Of a DNA stretch of 64,000 nt, positions 28,860 through 38,199 are shown piece by piece. Each line of letters starts with the position of its first letter. The first letter of the stretch is position 1. Origin of the DNA: Candidatus Omnitrophota bacterium (GTDB lineage Bacteria; Omnitrophota; Gorgyraeia; B26-G9); contig JBDRJV010000037.1 of the NCBI GenBank assembly GCA_043814605.1, positions 31,899 to 95,898 on the forward strand, written 5' to 3'. A program made the translations under genes and the position numbers. Under the pieces are notes generated by a model. That model saw nothing but the letters and a program-made list of their open reading frames with translations. It searched no databases and was not told the DNA's origin.

Positions 28860-30458
28860 ATGCAACTAAAAAATGATATTAAGAAAATAGTATTAGTCCG
28901 TGCTCCGAAACATATGTGGCCATGGGTTAATGAATCAGACAATTTTCTATTACCATTAGGTTTACCGATTCTTGCTGCTGCAATAAGAAATCAATTTAAA
29001 AATAAAATTGAAGTAAAAATTATTGATTGTCCTCCGTTAAAGATTGGATGGGAAAGTTTAGAACAGATATTAAAGGAAGAGAAAGCGGATGTTATCGGAG
29101 CGGGAGAGGAAGCATTATATCATCATGAGGCCATAAGACTTTTTGAAATATCTAAAAGAATTAACCCTAATGTGATCAATATCGCCGGCGGACATTATTT
29201 TTCCTGGATGGTTAAAGATAGCTTGAAAAATCATCCCATTGATATTATTGTTAAATTTGAAGGAGAGCAGACAATTGTAGATTTGATTGATGCGCTAAAA
29301 CAAAGGCGGGATTTAAACTCTGTCCCGGGAATAGCTTTTAAGAAAAACAGCCAAATTATTGAAACTCAAGCTCGGCCAATTATTCAAAATCTTGATGAGC
29401 TGCCTATCCCTGCCTATGATTTAATGCCCATGCGTAAATATGGTGATAGAGCCATTTTTTGGCCGGAAAGTGCCACGATTGAAGGCAGCCGGGGGTGTAT
29501 AGATACTTGCAGTTATTGCTCATTATGGACATTTTGGGGGAAACACAATAACTCGGGATGCCGAGAAGATAAAATTAAGGCAACGCCTTTTTTTCGGCAA
29601 AAAAGTATTGATCATGTAATGCAGGAAATAGAGATTCTTTATGAAAAATATAATCGCCGATTGCTTTTATGGGCAGATCCGACTTTTAATGTTAATCCGG
29701 AGTGGACAGATAAACTTTGTGATGAAATATTAAGGAGAAATTACAAGTTAGAACATTGGGTATTTTTGCGTACTGATTATGCTTTAAGAGATGAAAAAAC
29801 CGGACTCTTAGCAAAAATGGTGCGTGCTGGTATTGTACATCCACTTTTTGGTGTAGAAAGATCTCATGCTGATGAGTGGAATAAGTTAGGAAAACATGGA
29901 TATAAAAGAGATGAGATTAAAGAGTTATTTCATATAATGAGAGATAAATATCCGCAAATTTTCCGGCAGGCAACTTTTATTACATGTTTACCTTTTGATG
30001 ATGAAAAATCAATGATGAATTTAGCTAAATATGCGGTTGAAATTGATTGTGATTTTCCGGTTTTGCATCCAGCGACGCCTGTACCGGGAACATACCTTTA
30101 TGAAGAGGTGATCAAAAATAATTTTCTTGAAGAAAAAGATCTTAAAGAAGCTTATTGGGAGTATCCATTACTAAAGAATATTCATGGATTATCCAGAACA
30201 GAGCAGGCTCGTTTAAATAGAAAAGCACAATTATATTGCATCCTAATGAATTTTAAAACTATGTTCAAAGGTATTTTCTCAAAATATCCGAGTAAAAGAT
30301 TTCGTTACCGTGAAGTATTAAGAGTTTTAATTTTAAAATCGTTTCAAATGTTTTCTTTGAAGGTTAAAGAATTATTTAATAAACCAACCGATTTAGAAAA
30401 GAAAATTCCTCAGTCGCTATTTTTTATTATGGAAAAGCCTAAGTGGTATGATAAATAG
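28860..30458 (+). CDS. B12-binding-domain radical SAM enzyme (subfamily B)
   Basis: N-terminal Rossmann-like domain (VIGAGEEALYHHE..NIAGGHYFS..IIVKFEGEQT), the LPIPAYDLMP motif and the radical SAM motif EGSRGCIDTCSYCSLW. Confidence 0.8.
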   Translation: MQLKNDIKKIVLVRAPKHMWPWVNESDNFLLPLGLPILAAAIRNQFKNKIEVKIIDCPPLKIGWESLEQILKEEKADVIGAGEEALYHHEAIRLFEISKRINPNVINIAGGHYFSWMVKDSLKNHPIDIIVKFEGEQTIVDLIDALKQRRDLNSVPGIAFKKNSQIIETQARPIIQNLDELPIPAYDLMPMRKYGDRAIFWPESATIEGSRGCIDTCSYCSLWTFWGKHNNSGCREDKIKATPFFRQKSIDHVMQEIEILYEKYNRRLLLWADPTFNVNPEWTDKLCDEILRRNYKLEHWVFLRTDYALRDEKTGLLAKMVRAGIVHPLFGVERSHADEWNKLGKHGYKRDEIKELFHIMRDKYPQIFRQATFITCLPFDDEKSMMNLAKYAVEIDCDFPVLHPATPVPGTYLYEEVIKNNFLEEKDLKEAYWEYPLLKNIHGLSRTEQARLNRKAQLYCILMNFKTMFKGIFSKYPSKRFRYREVLRVLILKSFQMFSLKVKELFNKPTDLEKKIPQSLFFIMEKPKWYDK

Positions 30459-31851
30459 AAATTATTGCAAAAACGGGAACAATAAAAATAATATTATTCG
30501 CAAGACTACAAGCAGATGTGTTGTTTGTTCACAACCAGTTGATGCATCGCTTATTAAAGTTTTGGATAAAGTATTTTTAGAAAAATTTTGTCCGGTACAT
30601 GGAAGTTTTTGTCTGCTGATTTCTGAACATGCAGATGAATATATGGATTTAGAAAAATTTTATTTTAATGTTAGCGAAAATAATCTTAATTTTTGGGCCT
30701 TAGAAGTAGATTTAACATTTGAATGTAATATGGAATGTCCAATTTGTGCTTGGGGTGAGGATGTGGGAATAGGCAAGACTAATAATCAGCCTGTAATGGA
30801 TGAAATAAAGCGGCTGTTAATTAAAACTAAAGCAAAAGTTATTAGATTCTCAGGAGGAGAGCCTACTTGTAGGAATGATTTGTTTGATATTATTAAAATG
30901 GCAAAAAAGTTAAATAAAAAAATTATTTTAAATACAAATGGTTTGAAATTAGCTAATTTTGAATATGTAAAAAAGTTAAAACAGAGCGGAGTTGATTGTG
31001 TTAATTTAACTTTTGATGGTTTTAATATAGAATTTGAAAGAAACATGAGAGGAAATAATTATTTAGAACCGAAACTTAAGGCGCTAGAAAATTTAAATAG
31101 TCTTTGTTTACCAACAGGATTAAATATTAGGGTTGTCCCAGAGGGGAATGAAGCTGAAATACCTAAAATTATTGATTTGGCTAAAAACAATAAAAATATT
31201 AAACTGCTTAGTTTCGGAACAGTTGGCTATTTGGGACATGCACAGAAGCGGAACATTAAAAAATACTTAATGCCAGATCAATTAGTAGATATTGTTGTTG
31301 AGAATGCCTGTGGTTTAATTTCTCGAGAAAGTATTCGATTATTTCAAAAGTTTTTTATTACGGTTAATTCTTTTTTTACGCAGCGTTGGTGTTTCTATGA
31401 TTCTGCAGCAATTATTTTAGTGCGGGATAAAGATAGTTTGGTTACATTGGATAAATATATTGATCTGCATGATTTAGAAAAGATTTTAGATAATTACGCG
31501 GATAAGTATAAACATAATAAAATATTAGCTAAAATATGTTTATTATTGGGTGGGATTAAAGTTTTTTTTAAGATAAAAAATTTAAGAGTAATAAAAGAAA
31601 TTGTTTTCAGAGGAATTAGTTTTTTTATGCAGAAAAAAAAATACTTAAACTCACAATTATTAATTTATGTAAGTATTAATACTAGTTGTGATCGGTATAA
31701 AATGGATGATATGATTGCTAAAAATTGTATTTTTTCAATGGCCTTTAAAGATGAAAACAATAAACTAAGCATTAAAGGCAGCGGTGCTTTTATTTGTGAT
31801 AAAATTTCTAGTTCAAGTAATAAGAATCAGTTAAAATTTATGGGCATTTAA
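30448..31851 (+). CDS. Zinc-ribbon radical SAM enzyme, paralogue 5 of 6 (divergent)
   Basis: CVVC..CPVH, ECNMECPICA, FSGGEPTCRND, RWCFY, TSCD and KNC. It overlaps the upstream gene by 11 nt. Confidence 0.75.
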   Translation: MINRNYCKNGNNKNNIIRKTTSRCVVCSQPVDASLIKVLDKVFLEKFCPVHGSFCLLISEHADEYMDLEKFYFNVSENNLNFWALEVDLTFECNMECPICAWGEDVGIGKTNNQPVMDEIKRLLIKTKAKVIRFSGGEPTCRNDLFDIIKMAKKLNKKIILNTNGLKLANFEYVKKLKQSGVDCVNLTFDGFNIEFERNMRGNNYLEPKLKALENLNSLCLPTGLNIRVVPEGNEAEIPKIIDLAKNNKNIKLLSFGTVGYLGHAQKRNIKKYLMPDQLVDIVVENACGLISRESIRLFQKFFITVNSFFTQRWCFYDSAAIILVRDKDSLVTLDKYIDLHDLEKILDNYADKYKHNKILAKICLLLGGIKVFFKIKNLRVIKEIVFRGISFFMQKKKYLNSQLLIYVSINTSCDRYKMDDMIAKNCIFSMAFKDENNKLSIKGSGAFICDKISSSSNKNQLKFMGI

Positions 31852-31865
31852 AAAGAGGAAAACTA

Positions 31866-32933
31866 ATGTTAAAAACGATTCAACATTCATTTCCGCTAAT
31901 CGGTAATGCTGAGAAAAATGCTCTCAATAAGGTGTTAAATACGAGCTTTCTGGCTCAAGGCAGAGAAGTTGAGAAGTTTGAAAAAGGTGTATCCGAATAT
32001 GTTGGATGTTTTCATGCCCAAGCTGTTAATTCGGGTACAGCAGCTTTGCATTTGGCGCTATTAGCTTTAGACATTAAAGCTGGGGATGAGGTAATTATAC
32101 CTAACTATGTGTGTCGGTCAGTATTAAACGCTGTGCAATATGCTAGAGCACGGCCGGTCTTATGTGATGTGGATAAACGCACATTTAACATATTACCAGC
32201 AGCTCTTAAGTCAAAAATTAATAAAAGAGCAAAAGCTGTAATTGTAGCGCATATGTTTGGCTTTCCGGCTCAGATGGATGAATTAAAAAAAATAAGAATC
32301 CCGATTATTGAAGATTGCGCACAAAGTATCGGAGCTGATTTTAAAGGAAAACTTGTGGGTAGTTTTGGAGATTTATCTATTTTTTCATTTGAAGGGACAA
32401 AAACAATTACTACCGGAGAAGGAGGTATGATTTTAACTAATTCCCAGAAATTATCAAATAAAATTACTAGATTTAAAGAGCCTTATGAGAAAGATCAAAT
32501 GCCTAAATATACATTTCGAATGAGTGATTTACAGGCAGCCATTGGCAGAGTTCAGTTAAAAAAATTACCCGGTTTTATTTTTAGAAGAAGAAAAATTGCA
32601 CAAATTTATAGAAAAGCATTTAAAAATTTAAAGGTTGATTTACCATTTGAAAATGATAATATGATTCATTCTTATCATCGATTTATAATTAGTCTAAAAA
32701 AGAAAAATCAAATAAATAAAGTCATTAATTATTGTCAAAAAAAAAGGGTAATGGTGAAAAGGCCGATTAAACATTATGCGCTTAACCAATATTTAGGCAT
32801 ATCAAATAAATTATTTCCGAATACGGATTTTATAATGAAACATTGTATTTCGATCCCCATATATCCAGCTTTAAGCGAAGCAGAAATTATGAGAATAATT
32901 AAAGTAGTTAAAGACGGGGTAAGTCAGTTGTGA
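31866..32933 (+). CDS. DegT/DnrJ/EryC1-family PLP-dependent sugar aminotransferase
   Basis: AVNSGTAALHLALLALDIKAGDEVIIPNY, IIEDCAQSIGADFKGKLVGSFGDLSIFSFEGTKTIT and GEGGMILTN are present, along with FRMSDLQAAIGRVQLKKL. Confidence 0.85.
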   Translation: MLKTIQHSFPLIGNAEKNALNKVLNTSFLAQGREVEKFEKGVSEYVGCFHAQAVNSGTAALHLALLALDIKAGDEVIIPNYVCRSVLNAVQYARARPVLCDVDKRTFNILPAALKSKINKRAKAVIVAHMFGFPAQMDELKKIRIPIIEDCAQSIGADFKGKLVGSFGDLSIFSFEGTKTITTGEGGMILTNSQKLSNKITRFKEPYEKDQMPKYTFRMSDLQAAIGRVQLKKLPGFIFRRRKIAQIYRKAFKNLKVDLPFENDNMIHSYHRFIISLKKKNQINKVINYCQKKRVMVKRPIKHYALNQYLGISNKLFPNTDFIMKHCISIPIYPALSEAEIMRIIKVVKDGVSQL

Positions 32934-33895
32934 ATATAAAATATGATTTTAGAAATGAACGGGAAAAGAATTTTCCTTTGATGCTTAATTTGGAAATAAC
33001 TAATATCTGTAATTATCAATGTATACATTGTCCTTATCCAAGTATTTCTCAAAGAAAAGATTATACCCCTAAGTTTATGTCCTGGGAAATTTTTAAGAAA
33101 ATAGCTGATCAAACTGCTAATTATCCTGAGACAATTTTTAGATTTGTTTGTGATGGGGAACCAATGATGCACCCAGATTTTTTAAGAATGGTTGAATATG
33201 TTAAAAACTTAAAAATCAGTCCGGTTTGTTTTACTACTAACGGATATTTTTTAACCCCGGAGGTTTCTCGTAAAATAGTTGAATTTGGTTGTGACCTTAT
33301 CGAAATAAGTTTAGATGCTTTTTCAGAGTATAGTTATAATAAAATCCGCCGGGGTGGAAATTATCATAAAGTTATTGATAACCTTAATTATCTTATCCAG
33401 TCAAAAAATGAACTATCTGCAAAGAGTTCAAAGATTATGGTTAGTATTATAGATCAGCCTTTAGTTAAAAATGAGATAACTACATTTAAGAATTTTTGGC
33501 AGGATAAGGTAGATTATGTGATTACAAGAGTATTAACGAGTGCGGGCGGGTTTATTAAGGAATCTATTCGAGATAATAAAACTGATGTGGAAATACGATG
33601 GCCTTGTCCTTTATTATGGCGGAGATTGTTTATTAATGTAGATGGTTGGGCTGAATATTGTGTGGATGATTGGTTAGATCAATCGATTTTAGGTGATGTA
33701 AATAAAGAGAGTATTGCCTCTATCTGGGGAGGCCAAAAATATCGAGATTTAAGAAAAAATCACATAAATAATAATTTTAGTTACAATGAAAAGTGTGCAC
33801 AATGTCAGGATTGGAGAGCCAGAACCTGGGAAAATGATTATTTTCATGCAATAGAGAGGATTTTTAATTTAAATTTTAAAAATGAGAATTATTGA
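32930..33895 (+). CDS. Radical SAM enzyme with SPASM-like C-terminus
   Basis: GTG start overlapping the upstream stop. LEITNICNYQCIHCPYP and CDGEPMMHPD are present. C-terminal cysteines occur in WPCPLLW..INVDGWAEYCVDDW and CAQCQDW. Confidence 0.8.
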   Translation: MNIKYDFRNEREKNFPLMLNLEITNICNYQCIHCPYPSISQRKDYTPKFMSWEIFKKIADQTANYPETIFRFVCDGEPMMHPDFLRMVEYVKNLKISPVCFTTNGYFLTPEVSRKIVEFGCDLIEISLDAFSEYSYNKIRRGGNYHKVIDNLNYLIQSKNELSAKSSKIMVSIIDQPLVKNEITTFKNFWQDKVDYVITRVLTSAGGFIKESIRDNKTDVEIRWPCPLLWRRLFINVDGWAEYCVDDWLDQSILGDVNKESIASIWGGQKYRDLRKNHINNNFSYNEKCAQCQDWRARTWENDYFHAIERIFNLNFKNENY

Positions 33896-35222
33896 TAGTA
33901 CAAAAAGCTTATGTCCGGTTTGTTTACAATGGATTGATTCTGCGGTAGTTACAAAAGATGACCATAAAGTATATTTAGAAAAAAAATGTCCGGAACATAA
34001 AGGAAGTTTGGTGTTTCTTTCTCCGGATGCAGAAGGATTTATTGTTTTAAGAGATTTCTACTTTCAAACTCATCAAAAAATATTTCCCCAAACTCGCTAC
34101 CTTTGTTTTTTAACCCCTAAGTGCAACCTTTCTTGTCCAATTTGTTTTTTGGATTCAGGAATGCAGGATAAAGAAGATATTAATAGGAAAGACTTAGTTA
34201 GGTTTTTGAATAATGGCAAAAAAGAAATAATTATTTTTGGAGCAGAGCCAACTTGCCGTAAAGATATTTTTGAAATAATCAGTTTTCTTAAAAAAAAGCA
34301 GCATTCGGTGAGTCTATACACTAATGGGATAAAATTAGTTGATTATAAATATGCGGAGAAGATTAAGCAAACAAAAGTAAACAAAATATATTTTCAATTT
34401 GATGGTTTTGATGATTCTATTTATGAGGTTTTACGTAAAGTAAAGCTCAAAGATCTCAAGATTAAGGCATTAGATAATTTAAAAAAAATTAATATGCCTG
34501 TGGTTTTAGATGTTGCCTTAGCCAGAGATGTTAATATTAACCAAATGGGATCTATTTTTGAATACGCTCTGAATAACAATTTTATTAAAACAATAAACTA
34601 TATCGCTTATGTGCGTTCTGGTGGAGGAGGAAAATATCTAGCGAATCAAGCAATTATGCCGGATGAATTAATAGACGAAATAAGTAAAGCTACAAAAATG
34701 AGAATAAACAGAGTTAATATGAGAATTTTTCAGAAGTTATTATATGTGTATATGTCAACTTTAAAGAAAAGAACATGTTTTTATATTAAATATTTTTGGG
34801 TTTTCCGCACAGAAAATAACCAGTATTTAACATTTGATCAAATAATTAATTTTGATATGCTAGAAAAAATATTAAATAAGTATGTATTATTAGTAAAAAA
34901 ACAAAATCAGATAATTGCTAGTATGTATTTAGTACTGAAACTTCCTTTTTTACTTTTTTCTATAAAAAACAATAAAGCTTTTTTTCAAATGCTGAAAATG
35001 ATTTTTTCGCATGTTTTTAATCGGGGAGATTATTCTTGCGTTAGGGGTGAGTTTTTACAACTAATATTTACTACTGCCTGTGATGTGGATAAGGCAGATT
35101 TGAAGATTTCGCAGCGTTGTCATGTGGGCATGATGTATAAAAATAAACAAGAAAAATTAGAAGTTTTTAATGAAAATGGTATGTATTTATTAAATCAGGA
35201 AATTCAGAAGAAAGGTGTTTAG
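33882..35222 (+). CDS. Zinc-ribbon radical SAM enzyme, paralogue 6 of 6 (divergent)
   Basis: CPVC..CPEH, PKCNLSCPICF, FGAEPTCRKD, RTCFY, TACD and QRC. It overlaps the upstream gene by 14 nt. Confidence 0.75.
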   Translation: MRIIDSTKSLCPVCLQWIDSAVVTKDDHKVYLEKKCPEHKGSLVFLSPDAEGFIVLRDFYFQTHQKIFPQTRYLCFLTPKCNLSCPICFLDSGMQDKEDINRKDLVRFLNNGKKEIIIFGAEPTCRKDIFEIISFLKKKQHSVSLYTNGIKLVDYKYAEKIKQTKVNKIYFQFDGFDDSIYEVLRKVKLKDLKIKALDNLKKINMPVVLDVALARDVNINQMGSIFEYALNNNFIKTINYIAYVRSGGGGKYLANQAIMPDELIDEISKATKMRINRVNMRIFQKLLYVYMSTLKKRTCFYIKYFWVFRTENNQYLTFDQIINFDMLEKILNKYVLLVKKQNQIIASMYLVLKLPFLLFSIKNNKAFFQMLKMIFSHVFNRGDYSCVRGEFLQLIFTTACDVDKADLKISQRCHVGMMYKNKQEKLEVFNENGMYLLNQEIQKKGV

Positions 35223-35227
35223 CTAAA

Positions 35228-36715
35228 ATGCGGATTGGATTTATTTATTCTGAAATGGAAACACTGGGTATCCAATATTTATCTAGTTTTTTAAAACAAA
35301 ATGGATATACAACCAAGCTTTTTTTTGATCCGCAATTATTTGCAGATACAATTTCTCAGAGCAAGTCTTTAAACAAGGTCTTTGACTATAAAAAACAATT
35401 ATTCAAGCAGATAGAAGCATTTAAGCCGGATTTTTTAGCATTTTCTGTTTTAAGTACTAACTACCATTGGGCATTTAAATTTACAAAAGAAATAAAAGCA
35501 AGGTTGAACATTCCTATTGTTTGGGGGGGGGTTCATCCTACTTTAGACCCGGAATCTGTTTTAAAACTTGATTGTGTGGATTATATAATAGCGGGAGAAG
35601 CAGAAGAAGCATTGCTTGAGTTTGTTAATAAATTTAAGAATAAGAATTCTCTGAGTAAATTGAGAAATGTATATACAAAGGTTAATGGAAAAATTATAAA
35701 AAATTTATTAAGGCCATTAATAAATAATTTAGATCAATTACCTTTTCCGGATAAAGATATATTTTATGACATTATGCCATATTTAAAAGATCATTATACA
35801 ATTGTAACGGGAAGAGGATGTCCGCATGCGTGTACTTTTTGTTGCAATCACAGTTTAAGGAAAATAAATGAGCAAAATAGTGGGAAAAATAATTTTTTAA
35901 GACGTAGATCAGCAGACAATGTGGTTACTGAATTAAAGCAAGCTAAAGAAAAATATCATATCAAAGATGTTTTTTTTGAGGATAGTACTTTTACTTACGA
36001 TAAAAAGTGGTTGAAGGAATTTGCAATCTTGTACCATGATTCAATTAATTTGAATTGCTTTTGCTGGGTTCATCCGGCTGAAATTGATGAGGAAGTAGTA
36101 GGATACTTAAGATTAATGAATTGCCGTGCTGTTGAAATGGGAGTAGAAAGTATAAACTCAGAGATTAGGGCCAAATGGTTAGGGCGTAACTATCCCAATG
36201 AGAAGATTGAAAACGCATTAAAATTATTAAAGAAAAATAAGATTTTTTGCATCACAGATAATATTATCGGATTACCCGAAGAAGAAATAAAAGATTTAGA
36301 AAATTTAGTAGATTTTTATAATAAATTACGGCCTGAAAAAATTTATATATTTGAACTAAGAATGTTTCCAAATACTCAGATGCATGAATTGTATCATGAT
36401 TATCAAGACAGCTTTAAAGAAAACAATGATGGATTGTCCCCGTTTACGTTATCTTCTTCACAGAACAAAATGGCGAAAAAAATTATTGTTTTAATTTTAG
36501 CGATACAATTTTTGCCTAAAAAAGTAATCAATTTTTTATTAAAAAATAAGTTATACAAGTTTTTCCCCGCTATAAATTTATATAATCTTTTAGAAATTAC
36601 GCCTTTTTTCTTGAATTTATTCAAAAGAGAAAAACTTTGGTTTCCCATTCGCGGAACAAGAAAAAGGTATTTATTTTTTGCTAAAAAGATGATTATAAAT
36701 TTTATTAAACGTTAA
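35228..36715 (+). CDS. B12-binding-domain radical SAM enzyme (subfamily A), contains a G9 tract
   Basis: MRIGFIYSEMETLGIQYLSSFLKQNGYTTKLFFDPQLF, VWGGVHPT, LPFPDKDIF, VTGRGCPHACTFCCNH and FLPKKVINFLLKNKLY. WGG is encoded by tgg ggg ggg g. Confidence 0.8.
   Translation: MRIGFIYSEMETLGIQYLSSFLKQNGYTTKLFFDPQLFADTISQSKSLNKVFDYKKQLFKQIEAFKPDFLAFSVLSTNYHWAFKFTKEIKARLNIPIVWGGVHPTLDPESVLKLDCVDYIIAGEAEEALLEFVNKFKNKNSLSKLRNVYTKVNGKIIKNLLRPLINNLDQLPFPDKDIFYDIMPYLKDHYTIVTGRGCPHACTFCCNHSLRKINEQNSGKNNFLRRRSADNVVTELKQAKEKYHIKDVFFEDSTFTYDKKWLKEFAILYHDSINLNCFCWVHPAEIDEEVVGYLRLMNCRAVEMGVESINSEIRAKWLGRNYPNEKIENALKLLKKNKIFCITDNIIGLPEEEIKDLENLVDFYNKLRPEKIYIFELRMFPNTQMHELYHDYQDSFKENNDGLSPFTLSSSQNKMAKKIIVLILAIQFLPKKVINFLLKNKLYKFFPAINLYNLLEITPFFLNLFKREKLWFPIRGTRKRYLFFAKKMIINFIKR
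35523..35531 (+). repeat. G9 homopolymeric tract inside a coding sequence
   Basis: Nine consecutive G at 35523-35531 (tt ggggggggg tt) encode W-G-G-V of the B12-radical SAM gene. It is the longest G/C run I found in the window. Confidence 0.9.
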
Positions 36716-36738
36716 GTAGTGATCAGTAAGGATAAATA

Positions 36739-38199
36739 ATGAAAGTTGCTTTTATTAGCTGCTCTAATGAAAGTTTAGGGATCGAATATTTATCAGCGTA
36801 TTTAAAACAGCAGGGACATAAAACTAGAGTTTTTATTGATCCCCAATTATTTAATGATGAACATTTAGATGTTCCTTTGGCTGCAAAAATTTTTAGTTAC
36901 CAAAAAAACCTAGTGAAAAAGGTCATTGATTATAATCCGGATTTAATCGGATTTTCTGTAGTTAGCGATTTTTATCATTGGGCTTGTGATTTAGCCCGAG
37001 AATTTAAAAAACATCTAAATGTACCGATAATTTTTGGCGGTATCCATGCGAGTTCTGTCCCGGAAGAAGTGATTAAAAATAAATTTGTAGATATGGTTTG
37101 CATTGGTGAAGGGGAAGAAGCTTTAGCTGAGGTTGTTAATCGATTAGAAAATAGACAAAATCCGGTTGATGTTTTGAATGTTTGGGCAAAAAAAGATGGC
37201 AATATTATTAAAAATAAATTACGACCATTGATAAATGATTTAGATCATATCCCTTATCCAGATAAGAAAATATATTATGATACAAGCTTTCATTTTCAAA
37301 TAGGTTATTATACAATAGCCAGCCGAGGTTGTCTTTATACTTGTACATATTGTCATCACTCATTTTTGAGAACAATTTATCCTCATTCTGATTATTATCG
37401 TGTTCGTAGTGTAGGCAATATCATAGAAGAATTATCCATTAATTTTGATAAAAAAAAACATAAAGTTATCCGTTTTTCCGATGATATTTTCCCTTTTAAA
37501 GAAGAGTGGTTAAAGGAATTTGCAGATAAATTTAAGGCGCGTATAAATGCTCCGTTTATTTGTTATATTCATCCGGACACTATTAATCCAGAAAATATTG
37601 ATTTATTAAAAAAAAGCGGATGCGTGGAAGTACAATTAGGAATCCAGACTCTCTATGAGCAGACTCAGAAAAAAATACTAAACAGAAATATTTCTCAAAA
37701 AAGATGGCAGGAAGTATTTTTATTGCTTTATAATGCAAACATTAAAATTACAGCAGAAAATATATTAGGTATTCCCAATCAGGAAATTTGTGAAATTGAA
37801 GATTTAATTAGGTTTTACTGTTATAATAAAGCTGATCGAATTCAGGTTTTTTGGCTTAAATTTTATCCTAAAACAAAAATTAAAGAGTTTATTAACCAAA
37901 TTGACAAAAATACGCAAGTGGATAACTCAAATAAAGAGAAAACTTTTACACAAGGCGGTGATATTTTTACAAAGGAACTTGCCAAATTAAGAATTATTTT
38001 TTGTTTATTGCATTTTCTGCCCCCTAAAGTAATTGAATGGCTGCTTGCTAATAAAAGATATCAATCTTGTTTTTTAATCCCTTTATGGATTTTAAATTTA
38101 ATATCGAATTTTACGAGTAAAGTTGCTTCTGATAAAATCACACGCAAAAGGGAGTGGATGAAATACTTAATCTTTGTCCAGAGAAGGTTTATTCGGTAA
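36739..38199 (+). CDS. B12-binding-domain radical SAM enzyme (subfamily A), tandem paralogue
   Basis: MKVAFISCSNESLGIEYLSAYLKQQGHKTRVFIDPQLF, IFGGIHAS, IPYPDKKIY, ASRGCLYTCTYCHHS and FLPPKVIEWLLANKRY. Confidence 0.8.
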   Translation: MKVAFISCSNESLGIEYLSAYLKQQGHKTRVFIDPQLFNDEHLDVPLAAKIFSYQKNLVKKVIDYNPDLIGFSVVSDFYHWACDLAREFKKHLNVPIIFGGIHASSVPEEVIKNKFVDMVCIGEGEEALAEVVNRLENRQNPVDVLNVWAKKDGNIIKNKLRPLINDLDHIPYPDKKIYYDTSFHFQIGYYTIASRGCLYTCTYCHHSFLRTIYPHSDYYRVRSVGNIIEELSINFDKKKHKVIRFSDDIFPFKEEWLKEFADKFKARINAPFICYIHPDTINPENIDLLKKSGCVEVQLGIQTLYEQTQKKILNRNISQKRWQEVFLLLYNANIKITAENILGIPNQEICEIEDLIRFYCYNKADRIQVFWLKFYPKTKIKEFINQIDKNTQVDNSNKEKTFTQGGDIFTKELAKLRIIFCLLHFLPPKVIEWLLANKRYQSCFLIPLWILNLISNFTSKVASDKITRKREWMKYLIFVQRRFIR

